Shown here in pieces: positions 33,071-41,735 of a DNA stretch of 64,000 nucleotides. The notes beneath the pieces are model-generated. The model searched no databases. It was not told the origin of the DNA and was given only the letters and a program-made list of their open reading frames with translations. The position numbers and the translations under genes are program-made. Where the stretch lies: NCBI GenBank assembly GCA_918797485.1, contig CAKKNE010000002.1, positions 3,162,001 through 3,226,000 of the forward strand, in the 5' to 3' direction. This DNA comes from Pelagomonas calceolata (taxonomy: Eukaryota). Position 1 is the stretch's first letter. Each line of letters begins with the position of its first letter.

Positions 33071-33410
33071 GTTATCGCGGCGATGGCGTACGTCACCGTG
33101 CGCCGTCGCGTGCGGCTTGCGAGTCGATATGATGACGCGCGCGGCGATGGCGTACCACCACGCCGTCGCCCACCGGGGTGTGTACGCCACCACCGCGTCA
33201 ACCAACGTCTCCTCATAAAGACGACCGCCCCGGACTGAGCCGCTCGGACGCAGCCCCCATACGCCATCAGCGCGTGGCGCGGTCCTCAGCAAGTCGATAT
33301 AAATAATTTTACGTCGGCGGCGGCGGGGGGTGCCAACGGGGACCACCACAAAAGGGTAGACAACAGAAGCCTCTGCACAGGGCGTGGGAATGGGAGCTCC
33401 GCGCGACGTG

Positions 33411-33757
33411 TCAGGCCAGCGTTCTATATGATGCGCTCGGCGACTCCATGTTGAGCTGGTCCGCCGCCGAGGGCGCCCCGACGGGCGCCGCCGATTTGGG
33501 GGAGGGCGTCGGCGAGTTCTGGGCCGAAACGGAGGGCTCGCTCGGCGCGCGCGACAGGAAGCTGCGCTCCATCATCTCCGCCGCCGCGACCCAGCGGTCG
33601 TAGTTCTGCTCGAGCGCGACGTGCGACTCGTAGGTCAGCTTGAGGCAGACGGAGTCGCGGCCGGCCACGCGCGCCCAGGCGACGTCCACGAGGCCCGGCC
33701 ACTGGCGGAAGCTTCCGCTGTTCAGTTGGAGCCAGCGCTCGAGCGCCTCGAGTTGAC
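33411..33757 (-). CDS. Terminal exon of a hypothetical protein; upstream exon not identified
   Basis: Acceptor ccgcag|g at 33758, then open frame QLEALERWLQLNSGSFRQWPGLVDVAW... to the stop at 33411. Confidence 0.4.
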
Positions 33758-33793
33758 CTGCGGTCGGGGTCGCGTCGATGGCGGGGCGCTTGA

Positions 33794-33862
33794 AGCGTGC
33801 GTCTCTCTGGAATTTTTCATGGACATGTCGCGAGCGTGCGTCTCTCTGGAATTTTTCATGGA
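33794..33862. repeat. Two perfect 30-bp direct repeats, period 39
   Basis: AGCGTGCGTCTCTCTGGAATTTTTCATGGA at 33794-33823 and 33833-33862. Confidence 0.9.
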
Positions 33863-34859
33863 GCCGTCGCGGCGATGGCGTGGCGGTTGAAGGGTAGTTT
33901 ACTTTTTCGACGCCGCGCGTTGACCCGGCCGCGCGGCAAGCGTGGTCTCGCAGCAGAGATTCGAGTTCTCCCGTTTCATGACTATAAGCGGCTTCAAATG
34001 GCGAGTCTTGGGGCGATGGCGATCCCGGACCGTCGAATTATAGCGGCGTTTTGCTCGGCCTTCCCCAGCAGACCGGCCAGCGTCCCGGGCGACCAGTTAG
34101 GGGCTGTTTCCTGTAGGAACGCACTGCAGGTCCCGCGCTCCCTCACGCAGGAGGGCGGGTGAAGGCACAGCCCTCCTGCTGGGTCCTTCGCCCGCAGCGA
34201 GGTGCGCCCCCGTCTGGGCTAGTTATGAGGCTTCTACTGTCACTGTTCGACGGCGTTCCCAGCCTCGTGCCCTTTTTTCACGGGCCGTGGTAGTTTTTAT
34301 CACTGACCGCCTTGGATCATCAATCAGCCTAGCGTACCCTCGTTGACCCAAACGAAACACGCATGCAACCACCAGGGCGGTCACTCTACCGGTGCGCGGA
34401 CTCGTACTGAGCCTGCTTTTTGGCGTCTGTTGGGGTTGAGTCCGGCCGACGTCGCCGACGACGGACGGCACCGGAGTTACTTACCTATTGTTAATCACGA
34501 AAGCTAGATGCCGCTCGGCCCCGGGACGTTCGTTTGAGGGATCGCGTCGAGGACGACGTACACGTTGAACAGGAAGTAGAGGACCAGCAGGAAGTAGCCG
34601 TGGCGCGCCGTGTATTGGTCGGCGCCAGTGGCTAATTGACCGGGGTTTTGCCTCGAGCTTGCACACCAGAGGCAGGAATTAAATGCTGTTTTGAGAGACA
34701 ATTATCACGCAAGCCGGCACGGATAGCAAACGCTGAATGGCTCAGGCGACCTGAGGAAAAAATGCTGCAAACCCGTTTTTTGACGACACGCCTCGATGCG
34801 CATCCCTTAGTAGGGTGCCAGCACGCAACGAGAGAACTCGCTTCTCAAATCACAACACA

Positions 34860-36167
34860 TTACCCGGGACCACCCTTCCGCACCCGCGCCGCGTAGTGCG
34901 CGTCGCAGCCCCCGACGTCGCTTGCCACGTGCCACGGCCAGAGCCGCAGCGCGCCGTCGACGACACTATCATTATCCACAAAACCGAGCTCCGCCGCGGC
35001 CACCTCCACGAGATGCGCGTCCGCCGTCCTTTCTAAAAACGCCGCGAAGCTCGCCTCCGCGTCGGCGGTCAGCGCCGAGCACGAGCTGAACACGAGCAAA
35101 CCGCCCGGTTTCAAGCAGCGCCAGGCCGCGTCTAATAAAGCCGCCTGCGTCGCCGCCAACGCTTCCAGATCGAGGTCTTTGCGAAGCACGTCCGGCCGCC
35201 GCCGCGCCGTCCCCGTGGCCGAGCACGGCGCGTCCACGAGGACGCCGTCAAACATATCTTCCACGCGCGTCGCGTCCTGGACGCGTACATCTACATTACA
35301 CCTGCACCTCTGCAAATTCTGGCGCAGCCGTGCAGCCCTATTTGTACTCTTCTCGACGGCCACGACCTCAAAACCAAACGAAGATAATTGGAGGGCCTTG
35401 CCGCCCGGCGCGCTGCACATATCCAAAACCTTTGCGCCCTTCGGCAGGCTTTTGAGGAGTTGGGCCGCCTGCGCGGCGCCGGCGTCCTGCGCCCACCAGA
35501 CGCCCTCGTCGAAGAGAGGCAGCGCGGGGACCGGCGTCCTCTTGTACGGTCGGAGGGCCACTCCAAAATCGCCGTAGCTTTGCGTGGCGCCGTCGACGGC
35601 CTCGATTAACTGATCCCGTTTCTCGGAAGAAGCGCAGGTCACCTGGAGCATGGCTGGTGGTTTTCTACATGCCTCGAGGTAGCGGTCCGCGAGTTCCGCG
35701 CCGCGGTCCTTCACCAATAAATCATATAAAGGCGGCTTCGTTTCCTGTATTGAGGGCGTCTCTCTACTCAACCGCCTTAATACCGCATTAGTTAAACCCG
35801 GGTTGCCACCCCGCTTCTTGCAGAGCTGGACGCTCGTGTCGACGGCCGCGCGGTTCGGGATGCTGTCGAAATACAACAATTGCGCGACGCCAAGCCTCAG
35901 TATTTGGAGTGTGGAGCCGCGCGGCCGTTTGTCGCACGCTTCGTCTAACAAAGCGTCTATTTCGGCCGCGTGGCGGTGGCACTTCTCGACGAGGTCGGCA
36001 GCGAAGCGTTTTTCCCTTTCATCGAGGCTCGTCGTGTGCCTTGCGAGCAGCGCCGCGGGCGTTTCCTTGCCGGTTTCTCGCAGCACTTTGTGCGCTGCGA
36101 GGCGTGCCGCGAGGGGGTCCAGCGCTGACGCCTGGATCGCTAACGCTGCGACGAGGAGGTTGTGCAT
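34860..36167 (-). CDS. rsmB: RsmB/Sun-like RNA m5C methyltransferase with NusB-like domain, probably plastid-targeted
   Basis: ILRLGVAQLL...NAVLRR (NusB-like), VLDMCSAPGGK, VLVDAPCSATG, GGLLVFSSCS; signal peptide from ATG 36167. Confidence 0.85.
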   Translation of the reverse strand: MHNLLVAALAIQASALDPLAARLAAHKVLRETGKETPAALLARHTTSLDEREKRFAADLVEKCHRHAAEIDALLDEACDKRPRGSTLQILRLGVAQLLYFDSIPNRAAVDTSVQLCKKRGGNPGLTNAVLRRLSRETPSIQETKPPLYDLLVKDRGAELADRYLEACRKPPAMLQVTCASSEKRDQLIEAVDGATQSYGDFGVALRPYKRTPVPALPLFDEGVWWAQDAGAAQAAQLLKSLPKGAKVLDMCSAPGGKALQLSSFGFEVVAVEKSTNRAARLRQNLQRCRCNVDVRVQDATRVEDMFDGVLVDAPCSATGTARRRPDVLRKDLDLEALAATQAALLDAAWRCLKPGGLLVFSSCSALTADAEASFAAFLERTADAHLVEVAAAELGFVDNDSVVDGALRLWPWHVASDVGGCDAHYAARVRKGGPG

Positions 36168-36322
36168 TCTTGCTGCAATGTGAGCAAGGTGTGGCACGGC
36201 GTTTTGCGGCGCTTCCAATTGCTGTGTATCGATGCGGCGGCAAGCGTGCTGTACTATAGCAAACACTACCCCACTCTTGAAGCTCTGAGCGTGCAGTAAA
36301 GCAACTTCACCGCAAAACTCGA

Positions 36323-36346
36323 GCTAGCGTGCTGTAAGACACTAGC
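36323..36346 (+). promoter_or_regulatory. Upstream CTAG-box motif
   Basis: GCTAGCGTGCTGTAAGACACTAGC, between divergent rsmB and frr. Confidence 0.7.
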
Positions 36347-36450
36347 CAGCATCGGTGCCCCCAAGTGGTGCAAGGCTGAGACGCCGCATAGGACCGCTGG
36401 TGGAGCCGCAGGCTCGTGGAAAGTCACAGCTCTTCAGCGAGTGCGCAACC

Positions 36451-37113
36451 ATGGCCCGCATCACCGCTCTCGTCGCCGCGGCGACGCTGTGCAACGCCTG
36501 GACGCCAGCACGGCACATCAGGCCTAGATCGATCCAACTTAGAGCAGCGGACGAGGACTTCGACGTCGACATGATGTTATTGGAAACGGAAGAAAAGATG
36601 CAGAAGTCGATCGCGGCGTGCGTGTCCAATCTCGGCGCGCTACGGACGGGCCGCGCCTCTCCAGACGTCTTGAAGCGCGTGGTGGTGGACTACTACGGGG
36701 CGGAGACGCCCTTGAACCAGCTCGCGTCCATCTCCGTGGCGAGCGGCACGCAGTTAGTTGTGAGCCCTTTCGACAAAAGTACGTTGGGCGACGTCGAGGC
36801 CGCGCTACTAGATGCCAATTTAGGAATGACGCCGAACAACGACGGCGAGATCATCCGCCTCAACATTCCCCAGTTGACCGAGGATAGAAGGAAAGACGTC
36901 GCCAAGGAGGCGAAAGCTGTAGGGGAAGAAGCAAAAGTCGCGGTGCGCAGCACGCGGAAGAAGGCCAACGACTCCGTCAAGAAGAAGGGCAAGGATTTGA
37001 GCGAGGACGTCGCGAAGGACGCCCAGGACCAGATCCAGAAGCTCACCGATAAACTGGTGAAGGAGATCGATGCCTTGGTCGCGAAGAAGGAGAAGGAGGT
37101 CATGACCGTCTGA
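36451..37113 (+). CDS. frr: Ribosome recycling factor, plastid-targeted
   Basis: LRTGRASP, VDYYGAETPLNQLASI, IPQLTEDRRK, KKEKEVMTV; bipartite leader ...TLCNA-W. Confidence 0.93.
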   Translation: MARITALVAAATLCNAWTPARHIRPRSIQLRAADEDFDVDMMLLETEEKMQKSIAACVSNLGALRTGRASPDVLKRVVVDYYGAETPLNQLASISVASGTQLVVSPFDKSTLGDVEAALLDANLGMTPNNDGEIIRLNIPQLTEDRRKDVAKEAKAVGEEAKVAVRSTRKKANDSVKKKGKDLSEDVAKDAQDQIQKLTDKLVKEIDALVAKKEKEVMTV

Positions 37114-37128
37114 GTAACGACCTTTACT

Positions 37129-39807
37129 CTAGGGGTAGGACGGCTCCTCGGATGATGAAGGCGCGTCGCCCGGCGGCGTGGACGCGTCGGCCGCCGACAC
37201 CCAGCCCTTCTGCGCGAAGGAGAAGACTTGCGTCGCCGTCGACTTGGCCGACGTCTTCATCGACTCGTCGAAGGAGTTGTAGCGGTCGATCTCCGACTGG
37301 GGGATCGACTTGCGCGCCCGCGAGACGGCCTCCTCGAAGTGCTCCTTGGACACGAAGGGGAGTTGCGCCTCGCCGGCCTGTTCGCGCCGGACGGCGTCCT
37401 TGACCGCGTTCTTGGCCGCGCGCTGGCAGATCTCGGAGATGTCCGCCCCCGAAAAACCCTCCGTGAAGTCCGCTAATTTTTCCAGGTTTACCTTTGGATC
37501 TAGAGGCGCTTTCCTGAGTGATGCCTGGAAGACGGATAGTCTCGAGTCCCTATCAGGCAAAGGAATATGGATGAGCTGGTCCAAGCGACCTGGCCGTGTC
37601 ACAGCAGGATCCAGGATGTCGGGCCGGTTCGTCGCACCGATCACAAAAACGTTCTTCTGGCCCACGGCGTCGATCTCCGCGAGGATCTGGTTCATGACGC
37701 GGTCTCCCGCCTCCGAGCCGCCTGAACTTCCGGATCTAGCTTTGGCAATAGAATCCATCTCGTCGAAGAACAGGATGCACGGGGCGGCCGCGCGAGCTTT
37801 ATCGAACAAGCTTCGGACGTTCGCCTCGGACTCGCCGAACCACATCGTCAACAATTCAGGCCCTTTCACGGAGATGAAGTTCGCCCCGCATTCATTGGCA
37901 ACAGCCTTGGCAATGAGAGTTTTACCGCAACCGGGAGGGCCATAAAACAGCACGCCCTTCGAAGGAGGCATGCCAAATTTCTCATATTCTCCGGCAAATT
38001 GCACGGGATATTCAACCGTCTCTTTCAGCTCCGTCTTCACGTTCTCGAGGCCGCCGACGTCGGCCCAGGAGACGTCGGGCACCTCGACGACCGACTCTCG
38101 CAGCGAGGAAGGATTGCACGTCTTGGCCGCTTTTGTGAAGTGCGCCTTCGAGACTTTGAGGTGGTCCGGGTCCAGGTCCAACTGCTCGGCCAAAGCCGCC
38201 CAGGAGGCCTCCTGCCGTTCCTCATCGAGCATGCCTTCCGTGAAGGGCGCGTTCGACTCGGCGTCGCGTAATGCGCCTCTCACACACAGTAAAGCGGCTT
38301 CCGTGCACAGTTGCGCCAGATCCGCCCCGACGAAACCATGACAATCTCGCGCGACGTCGTCCAAGTCCACATCGTCCTCCAAAGCCATATGTCGCGTCTT
38401 CACTGTGAGGATTTCCCGTCTCGCCGCCTCGTCGGGCACCTCCAGGGCTACCTCTCTGTCTAGTCTACCGAACCGTCGGACCGCCGCATCCAATTCGTTG
38501 GGCGCGCCCGTGGCTGCCAATACGACAACACCGGAATTACTTCGTAGACCGTCCATCAGTGTCAACAACTGAGCACAGACCCGCTTGTCCTGCTCCGAGT
38601 CGGCCTTGTCCCGCTTCTGGGCGATGGCTTCGAGCTCGTCGATCATGACGACGGAGGGCGCGTTTCGTTCCGCGGACGCAAATTTAGCTCTTAACAACTC
38701 TTCTGCTTCGCCGGACTTCTTGGACGCGACGTCGCCGCCGTTCAGCTGCTCGACGTGGGCTCCCGACTCGTAGGCCGCCGCTCTCAGTAAGGTGGTCTTG
38801 CCACAGCCCGGCGGGCCATGCAACAACACACCTCGAGGGGGATCCACACCTAGTGATCGAAATAGCTCAGGCGAATGCAAGGGCATCTCCAGGACCTCCC
38901 GCAACACATCGATGTGATGACTGCATCCCCCAACATCAGCATAAGTAGGCATCGTTAATGATTCATCGTCATAAGGCGAATCGCATATTAATGTGGTTGT
39001 TGAACCGATGATGGCCTCGTCTCCCGAGTAGGCGCCCTCGATACTCACGACCTTCCACTGGACGTCGTAGGTCTCGCCGTCCATGTCGAGCGGCGCCGTG
39101 AAGATCTGATTGAGCGATACGGGTCGTTCTTTCCCCCCAAAGTACGGGGCTAGACAGCCGTCAAATGCTATGTCATCTGCTGCGGCGTCGTCACTTCCAA
39201 GGGCGTCCTTGAGCGGTTCTGGTAGGGTTTCCCTTAATGGTGCTACCGAACAAGATAAAGCTTCTCCTAGCTGCACGCCGTGCAGCGTGACGGCACTACC
39301 GGTGAAGGCGGCGTTGTCCGCGACGTTCTTTGAGAGTACGGCTGCGGCACCTTCTGTCGATTGGTCTAATCTTGAAACGCGCGCGACTGACTTTTGCCGC
39401 CTAGACCCGTGGACGCGGACGCAGTCGCCCTCGTCGAGATCCAGCGTGGCGAGGGCGTCGTCGGACAGCTCTATACTGGAAGCGTCGAGGTCGGAAATAG
39501 ACGCGTCGACGGACGCCGTGGGGAAGTCGCGCGGCGGCGGCGGCGGCGGCCGTTCCACAACTTCCGGGGCTTCTTCCTCCTCGTCTTCCTCCTCTTCCTC
39601 TTCAACAACAACCTTCTTCTTGGCCTTCTTCTTTTTCCGGGTTTTCGTCGAGCCGCCCCGCAGCAGGTAGAGCTCGCTCGCCGCCGCGGACCGCGCGGCG
39701 AGCTCGCCCTTGGTGCGCGGCCCGAGCCAGCTCGTCAGCAGGCGCCGGGTCACCGACCCCTCGGCGAGCAGCGCGAGGGCCGCTAGCCGCAGCAGTGTGC
39801 GCAGCAT
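37129..39807 (-). CDS. CDC48: Cdc48/p97 AAA ATPase with N-terminal signal peptide (SELMA-type candidate)
   Basis: Two AAA modules (GPPGCGKT twice, IDELE / FFDEMD), SVKGPELLTMWFGESEANVR, RPGRLDQLI; leader MLRTLLRLAALALLAEG. Confidence 0.92.
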   Translation of the reverse strand: MLRTLLRLAALALLAEGSVTRRLLTSWLGPRTKGELAARSAAASELYLLRGGSTKTRKKKKAKKKVVVEEEEEEDEEEEAPEVVERPPPPPPRDFPTASVDASISDLDASSIELSDDALATLDLDEGDCVRVHGSRRQKSVARVSRLDQSTEGAAAVLSKNVADNAAFTGSAVTLHGVQLGEALSCSVAPLRETLPEPLKDALGSDDAAADDIAFDGCLAPYFGGKERPVSLNQIFTAPLDMDGETYDVQWKVVSIEGAYSGDEAIIGSTTTLICDSPYDDESLTMPTYADVGGCSHHIDVLREVLEMPLHSPELFRSLGVDPPRGVLLHGPPGCGKTTLLRAAAYESGAHVEQLNGGDVASKKSGEAEELLRAKFASAERNAPSVVMIDELEAIAQKRDKADSEQDKRVCAQLLTLMDGLRSNSGVVVLAATGAPNELDAAVRRFGRLDREVALEVPDEAARREILTVKTRHMALEDDVDLDDVARDCHGFVGADLAQLCTEAALLCVRGALRDAESNAPFTEGMLDEERQEASWAALAEQLDLDPDHLKVSKAHFTKAAKTCNPSSLRESVVEVPDVSWADVGGLENVKTELKETVEYPVQFAGEYEKFGMPPSKGVLFYGPPGCGKTLIAKAVANECGANFISVKGPELLTMWFGESEANVRSLFDKARAAAPCILFFDEMDSIAKARSGSSGGSEAGDRVMNQILAEIDAVGQKNVFVIGATNRPDILDPAVTRPGRLDQLIHIPLPDRDSRLSVFQASLRKAPLDPKVNLEKLADFTEGFSGADISEICQRAAKNAVKDAVRREQAGEAQLPFVSKEHFEEAVSRARKSIPQSEIDRYNSFDESMKTSAKSTATQVFSFAQKGWVSAADASTPPGDAPSSSEEPSYP

Positions 39808-40124
39808 CGTGCCGCGGGCCCGACTGCAAGCCTACAAGCTTGGACAGCAAGTCCTTTGAGCGAGAGCCGCAGCGATTGCTGGATTCCGTGCGTGATCGCT
39901 GGTCGTATGCAGCAGTGTGGAGGGCTTGGTGCCTTTTCGAGGATCAGCGTCGCGCACCGTCGCCCAAGAGACGCGCCTCCTCCTTGCATCCACGCGGTAC
40001 TACAACCAATTTTGGAAACCTAAATTGCGTCTACGAGCCCTATTGGCACCCTTGGGACGCCTCTTGGAGCCTGTGAACGAGTTTTGGCAGACACAAAACC
40101 CGCGCTCGAGTTTCGGCTGGCTGC

Positions 40125-40590
40125 ATGGGGGGGGACACAAAAATGGGAGGGCGGGTTCTCGATGAGCCTTGCTTCAGCAGTTCCGGGGATTTGTCCGGAG
40201 GGAGGCCTCTAGCCGGCTCGTCGACCAAACCTCGTGTTTGGGGACGGCCGATTCGGGACCCTAAATTGGCCGTCGTCGTGCCATTAAGCGCCTCTACCGA
40301 GCCGCAGGCTGCTCCTACGCAAAAACTTCATCGATGGCGCACCGTCAGTGGGCCCTCACGGACATCGTCAAGCAGTGGCTGTTGATACCGGCACGCCGCG
40401 GCGGAGATACGGGGCTGCCAATTGCATCGGTGCGGTAATATTAGGGTCCCGAATCGGCCGTCCCCAAACGCGAGGTTTGGTCGACGAGCGGGCTAGAGGC
40501 CTCCCTCTGGACAAATCCCCGGAACTGCTGAAGCAAGGCTCATCGAGGTCTTGCGCTAGAACCCGGTTTGGGGTTAGTGTCCCCCCCCCT
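40125..40590. mobile_element. 466-bp foldback MITE with 8-bp TSD
   Basis: CTGGCTGC at 40117-40124 and 40591-40598; ends ATG8ACAC / GTGTC9T; 107-bp inverted arms 40158-40264 / 40441-40547 with 3 mismatches. Confidence 0.88.
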
Positions 40591-40731
40591 CTGGCTGCCG
40601 CGCGACGAGCTCGCGTAGCGCCGTGCGGTCACGTAGGAATCGACGAGAGTGCCTTCCTCCGATTCTCCATCTATTGATCATCAACTGGCTGCCCTTCACT
40701 CAGCAGTGCCACACTGTGCAATCAATCAGGA

Positions 40732-41304
40732 ATGGAGGGCCAACGCATCACGCTGGACCCCACAGCACATACCTCATTCGCAGAACGCCTCGCCGCGGCG
40801 GAGCGCGCGCGCGCCGGGCGCGGCGCCGCGCCGGACGACGAGGGCGAGCGCAAGGGCGCGACGACGCTGTTCCTCTACGGCGCGTTGCTGGTCGCCTGCG
40901 CGGCCGTCGCGGGGCAGACCGAGTTCGACGAGGCCCTGGAGCGTGTCGCGGCGGACGCCGTCCTCAAACTCGCGCACGGCGGCGGCGTCGCGATCGTCTG
41001 CGCGTTCTCGCTGCACCGCAGCGAAACGCGGCCCGGGCGCAGACGAGGCGTCCAGTCCAACGCCGCGAAGTACCTGCTCTGCGCCCTGGGCGCGAACTTC
41101 GCGTGGCGCGCGTACCGGCTCCGGGGCGCCGCGCCGCTCGACGAAGAGGGAGAGGTGCCCGAGGCGGCCCAGGCGCTCGCGGCCGTCATCCTGCTCCTGG
41201 GCCTCGTGGGGCTGCTGGCTTCTTGCTTCGAGGGCGCGGGCCAGCAGCGCGACCGGCGCCGGCGCGCGATCGCCGAGTACTCGCGGCGGGCGAAGGTCGA
41301 GTAA
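40732..41304 (+). CDS. Hypothetical multi-pass membrane protein
   Basis: 190-aa ORF with about 4 hydrophobic segments and GC3-rich codons. Confidence 0.55.
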   Translation: MEGQRITLDPTAHTSFAERLAAAERARAGRGAAPDDEGERKGATTLFLYGALLVACAAVAGQTEFDEALERVAADAVLKLAHGGGVAIVCAFSLHRSETRPGRRRGVQSNAAKYLLCALGANFAWRAYRLRGAAPLDEEGEVPEAAQALAAVILLLGLVGLLASCFEGAGQQRDRRRRAIAEYSRRAKVE

Positions 41305-41422
41305 ATGTCTTGTTGTTTGCTACTTTCCTGTGTCTTGCTGCGGGGACGTTTCTCAGGCCAGAGAGGGCTTTGGGAGTTTTTCGACGCTTTTGACGACGCT
41401 TTGGCGGCTCGGATTAAAACGT

Positions 41423-41446
41423 GCTAGCGACCTGAAACACACTAGC
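41423..41446 (+). promoter_or_regulatory. Upstream CTAG-box motif
   Basis: GCTAGCGACCTGAAACACACTAGC, upstream of the kinesin. Confidence 0.6.
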
Positions 41447-41735
41447 TCTAATCGGCTGTTGTAGTCTAACAACCCTTGCTACGCGCAGCGCCGGCCAAAA
41501 TACGGCCGCCAAATCCTTGTACGCAAGCCTATACACTCTGGCACGCGGCTGAACGCGAAAAATCGCACCGAACGGCGTCCCTCGCGCCGATTGACGGCGT
41601 TAAGCGCTCGAGGCCGTCGCAGCGCATTTTGACGCCCCGCTCGCGCCCCGCAGGCAGCGCGCGAGCTAGTGAAGGGATAGCAAGCAGCGCGCAACGAAAA
41701 AAAACAGCAAGCAACGCGCAACGAAAAAAAAAAAG

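Noticed and set aside
34040..34230. RNase P/SRP RNA or Helitron 3' end
   Set aside because: Only a partial GGGAAGG match and a hairpin near CTAG-T; I could not find the pairing partner strand or a Helitron 5' end.
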